Counted from the stretch's first letter, positions 37,001-50,359 are shown. The stretch is 64,000 bases of DNA from Macrostomum hystrix (GCA_950097015.1 CATNEN010000001.1:24490001-24554000); one strand, 5' to 3'. Translations and numbers: made by a program. Notes: a model not told the origin generated them from the sequence alone.

Positions 37001-40000
37001 ACTCACTAACTCACTCACTCACTCACTCACTCACTCACTCACTCACTCACTCACTCACTAACTCACTCACTCACTCACTCACTAACTCACTCACTCACTC
37101 ACTCACTCACTCACTCACTCACCCACTCACTCCTCACTCACTCACTCACTCACTCACTCACTCACCCACTCACTCCTCACTCACTCACTCACTCACTCAC
37201 TCACTCACTCACTCACTCACTCACTCACTCACTCACTCACTCACTCACTCACTCACTAACTCACTCACTCACTCACTCACTCACTAACTCACTCACTCAC
37301 TCACTCACTCACTCACTCACTCACTCACTCACTCACTTACTCACTAACTCACTAACTCACTCACTCACTCACTCACTCACTCACTCCTCACTCACTCACT
37401 CACTCACTCACTCACTCACTCACTCACTCACTCACTCACTCACTCACTCACTCACTCACTCACTCACTCACTCACTCACTCACTAACTCACTCACTTACT
37501 CACTCACTCACTCACTCACTCACTCACTCCTCACTCACTCACTCACTCACTCACTCACTCACTCACTCACTCACACACTCACTCCTCACTCACACACTCA
37601 CTCCTCACTCACTCACTCACTCACTCACTCACTCACACACTCACTCACTCACTCACTCACTCACTTACTCACTCACTCACTCACTCACTCACTCACTCAC
37701 TCACTCACTCACTCACTCACTTACTCACTCACTCACACACTCACTCACTCACTCACTCACTCACTCACTCACTCACTTACTCACTCACTCACTCGCTCAC
37801 TCACTCACTCACTCACTCACTCACTCACTCACTCACTCACTCACTCGCTCACTCACTCACTCACTCACTCACTCCTCACTCACTCACTCACTCACTCACT
37901 CACTCACTCACTCACTCACTCACACACTCACTCCTCACTCACTCACTCACTCACTCACTCACTCACTCACTCACACACTCACTCCTCACTCACTCACTCA
38001 CTCACTCACTCACTCACACACTCACTCACTCACTCACTCACTCACTCACTCACACACTTACTCACTCACACACTTACTTACTCACTCACACACTCACTCC
38101 TCACTCACTCACTCACTCACTCACTCACTCACACACTCACTCACTCACTCACTCACTCACTTACTCACTCACTCACTCACTCACTCACTCACTCACTCAC
38201 TCACTCACTTACTCACTCACTCACACACTCACTCACTCACTCACTCACTCACTCACTAACTCACTCACTCACTCACTCACTCACTCACTCACTCACCCAC
38301 TCACTCCTCACTCACTCACTCACTCACTCACTCACTCACTCACTCACTCACTCACTCACTCACTCACTCACTCACTCACTCACTCACTCACTCACTCACT
38401 TACTCACTCACTCACTCACTCCTCACTCACTCACTCACTCACTCACTCACTCACTCACACACTCACTCCTCACTCACTCACTCACTCACTCACTCACTCA
38501 CACACTCACTCACTCACTCACTCACTCACTTACTCACTCACTCACTCACTCACTCACTCACTCACTCACTAACTCACTTACTCACTCACTCACTAACTCA
38601 CTCACTCACTCACTCACTCACTCACTCACTCACTCACTCACTCACTCACTCACTAACTCACTCACTCACTCACTCACTCACTCACTCACTCACTCACTCA
38701 CTCACTAACTCACTCACTCACTCACTCACTAACTCACTCACTCACTCACTCACTCACTCACTCACTCACCCACTCACTCCTCACTCACTCACTCACTCAC
38801 TCACTCACTCACTCACTCACTCACTCACTCACTCACTCACTCACTCACTCACTCACTCACTCACTCACTCACTAACTCACTCACTTACTCACTCACTCAC
38901 TCACTCACTCACTCACTCACTCACTCACTCACTCACTCACTCACTCACTAACTCACTCACTAACTCACTCACTCACTCACTCACTCACTCACTAACTCAC
39001 TCACTCACTCACTCACTCACTCACTCACTCACCCACTCACTCCTCACTCACTCACTCACTCACTCACTCACTCACTCACTCACTCACTCACTCACTCACT
39101 CACTCACTCACTCACTCACTCACTCACTCACTCACTTACTCACTCACTCACTCACTCACTCACTCACTCACTCACTAACTCACTTACTCACTCACTCACT
39201 AACTCACTCACTCACTCACTCACTCACTCACTCACTCACTCACTCACTCACTCACTCACTAACTCACTCACTCACTCACTCACTCACTCACTCACTCACT
39301 CACTCACTCACTAACTCACTCACTCACTCACTCACTAACTCACTCACTCACTCACTCACTCACTCACTCACTCACCCACTCACTCCTCACTCACTCACTC
39401 ACTCACTCACTCACTCACCCACTCACTCCTCACTCACTCACTCACTCACTCACTCACTCACTCACTCACTCACTCTCTCACTCACTCACTCACTCACTCA
39501 CTCACTCACTAACTCACTCACTCACTCACTCACTCACTAACTCACTCACTCACTCACTCACTCACTCACTCACTCACTCACTCACTCACTTACTCACTAA
39601 CTCACTAACTCACTCACTCACTCACTCACTCACTCACTCCTCACTCACTCACTCACTCACTCACTCACTCACTCACTCACTCACTCACTCACTCACTCAC
39701 TCACTCACTCACTCACTCACTCACTCACTCACTAACTCACTCACTTACTCACTCACTCACTCACTCACTCACTCACTCACTCACTCACTCACTCACTCAC
39801 TAACTCACTCACTAACTCACTCACTCACTCACTCACTCACTCACTAACTCACTCACTCACTCACTCACTCACTCACTCACTCACCCACTCACTCCTCACT
39901 CACTCACTCACTCACTCACTCACTCACTCACTCACTCACTCACTCACTCACTCACTCACTCACTCACTCACTCACTCACTAACTCACTCACTCACTCACT

Positions 40001-40307
40001 CACTCACTAACTCACTCACTTACTCACTCACTCACTCACTCACTCACTCACTCACTCACTCACTTACTCACTAACTCACTAACTCACTCACTCACTCACT
40101 CACTAACTCACTCACTCACTCACTCACTCACTCACTCACTCACTCACTCACTCACTCACTCACTCACTCACTCAGGCCTACTTGAAGCGGTCCGGAGGTC
40201 GGGGTGGCAAGCAGCCAGCGACAAAGCCGGTTGCCAACGGTGACAGCAACGGTGTGAGTCATCAGAATGGTCAGCACGCTTCCAAGAGAAGTCGAAAGGC
40301 CGATTGA
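31028..40307 (+). CDS. Very-long-chain fatty acid elongase (ELOVL1/7-like)
   Basis: Exons 31028-31517, 36225-36496, 40176-40307. Motifs DPRVDGWFMM, SKFIEMLDTFFF, FLHVFHH, NSVVHAVMYLYY, WWKRYLTKFQMVQF, LFANFYIQAY; basic ER-retrieval-like end SRKAD. Confidence 0.94.
31590..32812. repeat. Pyrimidine-rich minisatellites (21-bp unit, then a ~41-bp compound unit) in ELOVL intron 1
   Basis: Tandem arrays. Confidence 0.92.
33740..34880. repeat. Pyrimidine-rich degenerate minisatellite in ELOVL intron 1
   Basis: ctcatctctcccctgt-type units. Confidence 0.9.
35285..36210. repeat. 23-bp minisatellite (ccattaccctccaattccacaat) running up to the exon 2 acceptor
   Basis: Tandem array. Confidence 0.95.
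36655..40174. repeat. 21-bp minisatellite (to ~36870) followed by a ~3.3-kb (CACT)n microsatellite
   Basis: Direct observation. Confidence 0.97.
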
Positions 40308-41373
40308 GAATCACTGAGCAGTTTAAATTTAGTTGTTTAATTAAGCGAATGTCTGACCTGTTATTTGTTTCTTAGTTTGTCTTTTTGCGCGTTTTTAGTT
40401 TGTCTTTAAAATGGGAATCGTCTGACGGCACTTCACAATGAACTTCAAATTTATTCTAAGTACAATGCTCCCATTTTGTTTTTTTCTGAGACAATGGCCC
40501 TAGCGATAACTGTACTGAGTTGGAATCCTTATGTATTGAGTGCATTAATCCCACTCTACTAACAGTAGGACTACCAAGCCATTTTGCCGCCCGTTTTTAT
40601 ACTAAGGGGGGGAATTCCCCCCTGAAATTTTTTTGGCAGCCCCTGAATGCTAACAGCGTTGGGTGGTGACTGATTGGTTGACAGACTAGACGATGGTGTC
40701 CTGTGGTTGAGCTGCGCCTAATATTTAGGCTTGATCAGTGAAATTGGAGAAATTCGCGTCAGGGTGTCCATATAGTGGCCTAGTTCCACCTGCTGTAGCC
40801 CTTGAAGGTCCAGCAAATCCGTCTAGATAAAGACAGGTGACCACCAAAGACGGAGATGATACAGGCACAGTCGGGTGACATGCTGATTTGTGTTTAGGGG
40901 TTGCATGAAATGCACTTAGCGCTGATAGGAAAAATCTGACCTTCAACCAGAAACATTGAATATCTCGACGGTCTGATGAGCCGGCGACTTGATTCTTGTT
41001 TCAGAAGATGCGCAACATCCCGTGTTCTCGAGTTTCGTGTGCTTGCGTTGCTCCGTTTGGGTGCAGCACCAAAAACTGTCTGGGTTGGTAGTTCTACTGC
41101 TAAATCCACTGGACCCCATTAGGTCCCATTGCCACAAAGCACCAACCACTTTATCTGGTTTGTTTGCTTGTTTCTCGAATTCGAAGTTCATGGTTACTTG
41201 TTTTGCGTTTTAGCTGATAAATAATTTGTGCAAAGCAATTCTTGTTTCACGTTTAGCCTTGTTTTATTTTTATCTGAGTTGTTTGCTTTTGTGACAGCAA
41301 GCGGAGAGAAAGCTAATTATCGGGGCCTTACTAAGGCCTTGCACTGTCAATTCTACCTGCAATCTAAGGATTG

Positions 41374-41746
41374 GTCACTGACTGTCACAGCTACTGTCAC
41401 TGACTGTCACAGCTACTGTCACTGACTGTCACTGACTGTCACAGCTACTGTCACTGACTGTCACTGACTGTCACAGCTACTGTCACTGACTGTCACTGAC
41501 TGTCGCAGCTACTGTCACTGACTGTCACTGACTGTCACAGCTACTGTCACTGACTGTCACTGACTGTCACAGCTACTGTCACTGACTGTCACTGACTGTC
41601 GCAGCTACTGTCACTGACTGTCACTGACTGTCACAGCTACTGTCACTGACTGTCACTGACTGTCACAGCTACTGTCACTGACTGTCACTGACTGCCACAG
41701 CTACTGTCACTGACTGTCACTGACTGTCACAGCTACTGTCAGTGAC
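41374..41746. repeat. 32-bp minisatellite built from actgtcactg subunits
   Basis: Tandem array. Confidence 0.93.
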
Positions 41747-42094
41747 TTAAATTAAATGAAATTAGACTACAAATGTCTTGGCCGATCCCTTCATTGCTTA
41801 CACTGTTGCGTGTTGGTTAATTTAATGTGTCATTTAATGTATCATATAGTTCGTACTTATTCGAATGGCCCAGTCCTTCATGCGAGTCGCATTGCGGAAG
41901 TGTTCGTTTTGTTTTTGCGGAACAAAATACAATTTTTCGTGCGCTGACTTAAACGGAACAAAATTATTCGAATTGGTCAGGTTTTAGTGGAACAAACGCT
42001 GCTCTGGACTTTGTCTTGAAAATCTGAAGGTTACCGAATTGTAGATATTATAATGTGGTTATTAATATTTTATATCTTAAATGCGGCCTATAAT

Positions 42095-42470
42095 ATTAGT
42101 AATATTTCTAGGGCACTCCGGCATAGTCAGTGGACTCACAGCCAGTGACGAGGCGATTCTGCAGACCCTCCTGCAGACCCATGAGCACACAGGACACACG
42201 AATGTACACAGGACACACGAATGTACACAGGACACACGAATGTACACAGGACACACGAATGTACACAGGACACACGAATGTACACAGGACACACGAATGT
42301 ACACAGGACACACGAATGTACACAGGACACACGAATGTACACAGGACACACGAATGTACACAGGCAAACACGAATGTACACAGGCAAACACGAATGTACA
42401 CAGGCAAATACGAATGTACACAGGAGACACAAATGCACACAGGCCACACAGATTTACGCAGGACACACAT
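42095..42470 (-). mobile_element. 3' half of SINE family A running into a 19-bp minisatellite (acacaggacacacgaatgt)
   Basis: gtgtgctca..gcagaatcgcctcgtcactggctgtgagtcc is homologous to the family A 3' part. Confidence 0.65.
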
Positions 42471-42540
42471 CCGAGTGCTCTTTCTATTGCTCAAATATTG
42501 ACTGAACCTGCCCACTGACTGTTGCATTGCCGGCTCTCAG

Positions 42541-45500
42541 CTGCAGAAACTCGCCCAGCTGACCATCCAGGGCGACTATGGCCAGGTGTGCCAACTGGCG
42601 ACGCGACAGCTGGTGGCAAGCACCGATGGCAGCGGAAGAAACATCTTGATGCTGGTGGCCGGCGCTCCACAGACTCCCGTAGAGACTGAGAAGTGTGTAT
42701 TGTACTTATTTGAAGTAGGCGCGGATCCGGGAGCGCGTGACGGGGCGGGCGACACGGCAGCTCATGTGGCTGCCAGGCGAAACCACCTGCGGCTGCTGGC
42801 GCTGCTGCCGTTCGATACGAAGTGGCTGCAGAACGAGCGAGGCGCGACACCGCTGATGGAGGCAGCTCGGGCCGGCAGCTGGCGAACCGCGAAACACCTG
42901 CTGCATCTGCTGAGGCAGTACAGGTATAATGAGTATGAGGTGCACGACAACTCGAAGAGGGATCAGCTGCTCGGCCTGCAGGACAGCGAAGGTCGAACCG
43001 CGCTCGACCTGGCGAGGCAGGGCAGCCACTCAGAGCTGGCCAGCTACATTGAGCGGTGAGTGATCAGTTCGCTGCTGTGCCCGATTCGCAGCATTGCAGC
43101 TGGGGTGGCCTGAGCATTGGTCTCAGCCCAGCCAATCAGAGCCAGTCAGCTGAAGCCACTGTTGTTTGCATGGCCCAATGGGATTTCATTTCGGTGCAGT
43201 CGCTTTTGCATTTCTAGTTTAGCAACTCGAGCTAACTAATAAATCGATTGGAGATCACTCAAATGGGAACTTGTCAATCTGGGAAAGCATTGGAGATGCA
43301 GGGGAATTTTATGCATGCAACTGAATTCCCCATGTGTTTGTGTCTCCCACGGGCAGTTTCCCTTCCCCAATATTCTGATTGGCTGAGATTTCACTTCCCT
43401 TAACTTGGAGATTCGCAAATACGCAATCAGCAAATCTCCAATGGCCAGTGCACAGATTTGTGTGTGCCACATTGGCAGCACTGAGAATTGGCATTTCTCA
43501 TGCCGCAGTGCTTTCTCGACCCCAACACTTTGCTGATGCAGCGAATTTGAGGCTGAGTAAAAATGAGCTTGTCTGAAACTGCTGCCTGTTTGTGTGCGAT
43601 GAGAATTTCGCATTTGATTTCTTCTGCTTTGCAGGGAGATGCGGCTGCGAGTGGGTGAAGATGGCTGGATCTCTGGCCTGACAGACTCGGTGAGTGGCAT
43701 CTGGGGTGCCGATGTGGGTGCAGATGAGCAGCTGTGCTCAAATTCTCCACTCGCCTTTGCAGGAGGAGGCAGAGCGAAAGGAGCTGAAACGGCTGGCCGA
43801 GGCGGGCGACTCGGCGGGGCTGCGGCGAGCGGCGACCCGCGGCAACTGTGACCTGCCGGACAGGTGGGGTTCGACAGCGTTAATAAGGGCATCTTGGAAC
43901 ATCCAGTGCTCTGACGGGGCTCTGTGGCAGCATCTGCTGCAGCTCGGGGACCCCACCTGTGCTAATGTGCATGCTCTCAGTTGCCTGCACTGGGCAGCCG
44001 GGGCTGGCAATTCTGCCGCAGTCTCCCAGCTGCTCCATGCCGGAGCCTCCGCCAACGCGAGGGCGAGGGAATCCACGCCCCTCATCTGGGCAACCCAGTG
44101 CATGGGCGCCCCCCGCCACCGCCGCCGCAGTCGGTCGGGCTCTGCTGGCCGCAGGTTCGGACTGGAGCCTGAAGGACAGGATAGGCCAGACTGCGCTGGA
44201 TTTAGCAACAGAGAAGGGAAAGAGCGAACTGGCCGAGCTGCTGCGTGGGTGAGTTGCCATGGCGACTGAGAATGTCTCTCATCTTGCATTATCGCACTGA
44301 GTGGGTGCAGGTCGCAGTGTTTCACTGATCAGAGTCAAAGTGGGTTGCAAATTTTAGCCAAAATATTTTCTATCGAATCAGAGTTTCGCCCGCCTCTGCC
44401 ACTCAAGCAGTTTTGCAGTGCCGTAAATACTAGTATTAATATTATCAGTGGGAATAAAGCTTTCCATTTGCTGCTTTTTATAGGTAAAAATGCACACTGC
44501 GTACTGTGCGGGCCGCTCTCTCTGCCCCCTCGTCACCTCTCTGCTCCCTCGACACCTCTCTGCCCCCTCGTCACCTCTCTGCCCCCTCGTCACCTCTCTG
44601 CCCCCTCGTCACCTCTCTGCTCCCTCGACACCTCTCTGCCCCCTCGTCACCTCTCTGCCCCCTCGTCACCTCTCTGCTCCCTCGTCACCTCTCTGCCCCT
44701 CTGTCCCTCTAACCGCAGTTTCGCACAGGGCAGACAGGATGCTGAAATTTCAGTGTCTAACGCATGCGGCACAGCAGGGGTCCACTGTTCTCATGCAGAA
44801 TCTGCAGATTCACTGCCTCATCTGGGAGGTGACCGCCCCGCTTTCCCTGTCGACCCGCAGCCAGCGAGAGGCAATTCTGCCCATTTCGCTTACCCCTGAG
44901 CACACACGCACGCCTTCAATAAAGTTGACAGCTATCCAAATACTTTTGCGGAGTCTGTCTCGGTTTCCTCACCTTCTTCAGTGATTTGCCACTGGCCAAG
45001 TGAGCCTCACTGACCAAAAACTGGCAATTGAAAAGCGTTAGAAGGGGAGTGGGATATTTTTGTATTCACTTTTCCCCACCGCATGCCAGGGCAGGAATCT
45101 GACATTCTCCTTCGGTAGCATGTTTTGAGACGGAGATGAGACAGGGGAGATGAGACAGGGGAGATGAGACAGGGGAGATGAGGCACATTGTGCCCTCCCT
45201 GCTGCTAGCTGCGGTTGAGGGTCAGCTGACCTATTAGCCATGGCCATGCTGAGTCATTAACTTCCTTCAAGGTGCTATGAAATGCATTGTTCTCATTGCT
45301 AGCAGAATCTAATTGATACACATGCAACTCATGTCGCTCCTACCAGCGGCAAGGCTGGTAGGATCCGGAAGTGTCAAGTCAGTGTTGATATTATATTATA
45401 TTATGATTGAGATTTTGAGTGCTATTATACAAATTACTCGTTGACAATCTCCACTTCCACCAACCAACGCCCATGCAGGTACGAAGCCAAGGAGTACTTT

Positions 45501-46549
45501 GAAAAGCCGTGAGTACATACATTGCTGCTGCTTTAATTGCATTTCTGCTCTCTGCAATCTGCAGCTCTTCTGCCCACCTGCCGCTTGCTTTCATCAGCCA
45601 CTAAAAATTCCTCAGGATTCTCATTGAGCGCTGGGACTGCGTCAAACTCATCGGCAGCGGAGGCTTCGGCGATGTCCACGAAGTGCTCACGGACATGGGC
45701 ATCAGGTGCGCTGCGAAGACTCTCAGACTGCCAGTGCAGCTCGGCGACCTGGAGCCTTCAAAGAAAACGGAGATCGACAAGTTTATTGAGGGCGAGAAGA
45801 ACCTGTGCCAGCTGCGGCACCCCAACATCGTCAGCTTCTTGCACATCGCTCAGCCTGAGTATGCGACAGTTGTTGTGTTCATGGAGCTGCTGGATGGCTG
45901 CAGCCTGGAGAGATTTCTCGACTCAAAGCCGCTGGGTGAAGAAGCCATTCGACAGTTCAGCAAGCAGGTGAAATTTGAGCAGCCTGCTCATGAGTGATGC
46001 AGTGAGTTGACTTTTTACCGTCAGCCGACACCAGTTCCTCAGCCCACCCACCTGCAGATCTGCAGCGCGCTGCGCTACCTGCACAGCCGACAGCCGCCCG
46101 TGATCCACAGAGACATCAACTGCAGCAACATCATTGTGCTCAGTGACAACAGGCGAGTCAAGCTGATCGACTTCGGCCTGTCAATCAAGCTGGAGCAGTC
46201 TGTCAGCCACCTAACAGCCTCCACTGCGGCACCGAAGGGCACTCTGAACTTCATGGTGCCAGAGCTGCTGGCACCAGATGATGAAGGTTACCCGCTGTAC
46301 AGCAGAGAGTCGGACATCTGGGCGTTCGGCTGCTCAGTCTTCCAGATGGCCACGGGAGGCAGGCCCTACTCAAACGTCAGACACTATTACCTCGTGGCCC
46401 AGAAGCTGGAGAAGGACGGAGCCCCCGCCCTGCCTGACGGCTGCTCGGCGGAGCTGCGGGACTTCTACAGCCGCTGCACCGCCCGAGACCGCAAGGAGAG
46501 AAAGTCAGCAGAGGAGCTGTGCCTTCACGGCTTCCTGCAGCGACGGTGA
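42541..46549 (+). CDS. Ankyrin-repeat protein probably joined to a MAP3K/STE11-like Ser/Thr kinase; one apparent frameshift
   Basis: ANK exons 42541-43055, 43635-43689, 43763-44248 (GDTAAHVAA, GATPLMEAA, GRTALDLA, GQTALDLA). Probable linker exon 44719-44828. Kinase exons 45616-45967 and 46058-46549 (IGSGGFGDV, AAK, LRHPNIV, HRDINCSN, DFG, GTLNFMVPE, SDIWAFGC). Linkage through small exons is not fully resolved. Confidence 0.75.
44515..44705. repeat. 19-bp intronic minisatellite (cacctctctgccccctcgt)
   Basis: Tandem array. Confidence 0.9.
44851..44912 (-). mobile_element. SINE family A fragment
   Basis: gtgtgctcaggggtaagcgaaatgggcagaattgcctctcgctggctgcgggtc. Confidence 0.75.
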
Positions 46550-47316
46550 CCAAGCTGGCAGACAGACTGGCTGACACTGATAGGACCCCAGTGAAATTTA
46601 GGGCTTGTGAAAATTAGGTCTTGTGAAATTTAGGTGTCTTACTGCAACTGCTGAGCGGTCATTCAGCCAGCTTCGTACCTGCGTTCCACAATGGGACAGG
46701 AGCGATTGACAGGATTGGCCCAGCTTCTTATTCACAAGGACATCAAGGTGAATGTAGACGCAGTTGTTGACCAGTTTGCTCGAAATGGGTGTCGTAGAAT
46801 TGATCTTGTGTGGCAATCTTTTAGTATTATTTAGTAGCATATTATGAAATGACTAATGTTCGTTTGTGCATTAAATAAACGCAACTCGCGCAGCGCAAAG
46901 CAAAAGTAGTCACTTCTCAATTGCTGAAATGGTGAAATTTAGTACAACTTAATCTGTAAAACTCTTTTTTTCAACTTACTTTATCATCTTTATCTATAGA
47001 CTCTAGACGCGTTTACACTCAGAATTCATTGTATTTTACTTTTACCGCACATCAGCCAGTCCTGTGAGTCAGTGACCCCTGTCACAGACTACTCTACTCA
47101 GACTGCTCTTGCTGTTGCTGTCTGTATTGCATCTGTATCGATTTTATTGCTATTATATGTATTTTTACCCATATTTCAGGACATGTTTTTTTACTACAAG
47201 CATATGCATCCAATTTAACTTGCTCTTCCCGGCAAATTTATTCAAATAAAAAATCAAAATGTTACAAATTGACGGTAGACCCATGGCCATAAGGAAAGCT
47301 TGGTTATTTTTTACAG

Positions 47317-49456
47317 TTAAGACCAACAAACAAATAGGATTACGGTGGATAGAACCACAACCGATATCCCCAAAAATATTTCCCGGCTACGCCCCTGCTC
47401 CGGGCTGAGGCGGTTCCATTCCTTGTTGATGACGATCTTGTTCTTGGTGCCTCTGCCCTTGTCCTCGGCTGAGACCTGGAGTGCGTTGTCGGGAATTCCG
47501 TATTTTATATATATATTTTTTCAAACAGGATTCGGATAGTTTTCTCTGGAGAAAATCCCTACATTTCTATAGAAGCCCTCTCCTCTCCTCTCCTCTCCTC
47601 TCCTCTCCTCTCCTCTCCTCTCCCCTCCTCTTCTCCAGTGCACTCACCTGCAGAATGCCGTTGGCGTCTATCTCGAAGGTGACCTCAATCTGGGGCACGA
47701 GGCGGGGCGCCTTCGGAATGCCGGTCAGGTCGAACTTGCCCAGGAAGTTATTGTCCTTGGTCATCGGGCGCTCACCTTCGTACACCTGGATTGTGACTGT
47801 GGGCTGGTTGTCGGCAGCCGTGGAGAACACCTGGGATCGCTTGGTGGGGATGACAGTGTTCCTTGGGATCAGTTTGGTCATGACTCCGCCCACAGTCTCA
47901 ATGCCAAGGGTCAGCGGAGCGACGTCGAGTAGCACAAAAGCTTCGGTGCCGGTAGCGCCGCTGATAACGCCAGCCTGAACTGCCGCACCGTAGGCCACCG
48001 CCTCGTCAGGGTTGATGCCACGGCTCGGCTCTTTGCCGTTGAAGAATTCCTTCACCAGCTGCTGCACTTTCGGGATGCGGGTGGAGCCACCGACCAGCAC
48101 AATCTCGGCAATGTCCTCCTTCTTCATGTCGGCGTCCTCGAGCACCTTCTGCACTGGCTTGAGTGTGTTGCGGAACAAGTCCATGTTGAGCTCCTCAAAG
48201 CGAGCTCGAGTCAGCGTCTTGGAGAAGTCCTCGCCGTCGTACAGCGACTCGATCTCCAGCCTGACGGTGTGAGCGGACGACAGGGCGCGCTTGGCCTTTT
48301 CAACTTCTCGACGGAGCTTCTGGACCGCCCGATTGTCGGTGCGCAGATCTTTGCCAGTCTTTTTCTTGTACAGCTTGATGAAGTACTCCATAACGCGCTG
48401 ATCAAAGTCCTCGCCTCCAAGGTGAGTATCGCCGTTAGTGGCCACCACTTCAAAGACGTCGTTGTCGATGGAGAGAAGCGAGACGTCGAAGGTGCCGCCG
48501 CCCAAGTCGAACACCAGGATGTTCTTCTCGGCGCCCTTCTTGCCGAGGCCGTAGGCGATGGCCGCAGCCGTGGGCTCGTTGATGATGTGTATGAAGTTGA
48601 AGCCTGCAATTTCACAGGCGTCCTTCGTGGCCTGACGTTGGGCGTGATTGAAGTAGGCCGGCACGGTGACGGCAGCGTGAGTGACTTTCTTGCCCAGGTA
48701 GGACTCGGCGATCTCCTTCATCTTGCCCAGCACCATGGCGGAGATCTCCTCCGGAGCGAAGGTCTTCGTTTCGGCGCCGACTTTCACCTGAAAGAATGCG
48801 CAGAGGGTTTAGGGGCATGTTTAAGCACAGGTTATTCTGTAAGTCGTTTCTTGGTCTGGGGCTAATAAGTACTGGGGCTTTTTCAAAGCAAGGCTGCTTA
48901 CCTGCACTGAAGGCTTATTAGATCGATTGATGACAGTGTACGGCAACAGCTTAATGTCCTTCTGCACCGTGCTTTCATCGTAGTAGCGTCCAATAATTCG
49001 CTTGACATCGAAAATCGTATTCTCCGGGTTGGTAGTCAGCTGGTTCTTCGCAGCGTCGCCAATCAGACGTTCGCCATCGGCTGTGAACGCCACGTAGGAC
49101 GGAGTGATGCGATTGCCCTGGTCGTTGGCGATAATTTCCACGCAACCGTTCTTGAACACACCGACGCTAGAAGGGACAAAAGTAAGGATTGAAGAAATGG
49201 GTTAATACTACTTGTTAGTAGGATAACAGTCTACAGGACGACCCGTGACCAATTCTGTACATTTCACTGAACATAACACACGGCACACAAAGCAGACTCA
49301 CCATGAGTAGGTGGTGCCCAGGTCGATGCCGATACCGACGTCTTCCTTCTGCTCCTTCTCCTTCTGCTTGGCTTCATCGGCGGCTGAGCCTCTGGTTGGG
49401 CCGAAAATCAGCAGCGAAGCTAGAACCGCTGCGCAAAGCACTGTCGACTTTTTCAT
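47317..49456 (-). CDS. HSPA5: BiP/GRP78-like ER Hsp70 paralogue, C-terminally truncated, with a hydrophobic tail
   Basis: Exons 49456-49302, 49166-48902, 48787-47648, 47475-47317. Signal peptide, [54 protein letters not shown]; homology ends at NRLSPE. Confidence 0.88.
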
Positions 49457-49777
49457 CTGGAATTCAGATTTATTTTTATAAGTAAAGGCTATTATTTAGA
49501 TTTCTGAATGATTTTACGTTCGAAGTGATAAATACATAAATTGACCGTCATACGTCATTCAAGAGTAGACTTACCTTAGCAATGCCTGTAATGCTTGCAG
49601 TTAAAACAGAACAGAACAGAACAACAGACCAAAACAGAAACAGCAGTGAAAACTGTAGATTAGCAGTTGTAGCACTAAGGCTTGGTCGCTCGGAGAGTTT
49701 AGCTTGTCTGGATTGTTAATCTCTGTCTAGTTTAGGAAGGTTTGAGATGGAGAAACAGTCTAGCAAAATTCGCCTGC

Positions 49778-49816
49778 TTAAATACTATGCAAGTTGACCT
49801 CTCCTCTCTGATTGGT
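49778..49816 (-). promoter_or_regulatory. Putative core promoter of the BiP-like gene
   Basis: CCAAT at ~49811-49815 and TATTTAA at ~49778-49784 upstream of a non-coding exon ending in AAG|GTAAGT at 49574. Confidence 0.45.
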
Positions 49817-50359
49817 TAGAATTTTTTAGAAAACTCTGGTCTAATAATACGATTAAATGCGAACGATGACATTGCCTAGAATGTATATCGGCGGTGGTGG
49901 ATTCCCCCTACCCAACCCGAGGGCTAAATTTAGAAATGTTTCCGATTCCAGATTCGCCGGAATTCCTGATTCTATACATCTTACTTTATCATAAATTAAA
50001 ATTAAACCACATACTCGTAACCATTGCCCTCTTTGAGTGTTGGTCAAGCATTGAAACTCTATTTCTATTGTATTGAAATTAATTAAAAAACAAACTTAAA
50101 TTAAATACACTTTCTTCATTCATTATCTTGTAAACTTGCTTCGAAAATTTATTAACATTCTGGAACGTAGATTCAGTGAGCAAAGAAGAACATCACAGGT
50201 AATATTCTGTTTACCTGTTAAGCAAAATGAAAACGAGAGACACCAAAGCGGCTGCCATTGCATTGCCGTCGAACTGGCGTTCTTTTCTGTAAAATATAAC
50301 TGGCTAGTATATTACGAGAGCAATTCCTATTCAACTCCGGAGGTGCGTGTTTGGTCATT

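Noticed and set aside
40725-41213. Short ORFs downstream of ELOVL
   Set aside because: No recognisable domain or consistent exon chain
47567-47647. ORF-track C-terminus of BiP ([14 protein letters not shown]...)
   Set aside because: Read-through into a GT..AG intron containing a (GAGAG)n microsatellite; BiP homology resumes at 47475
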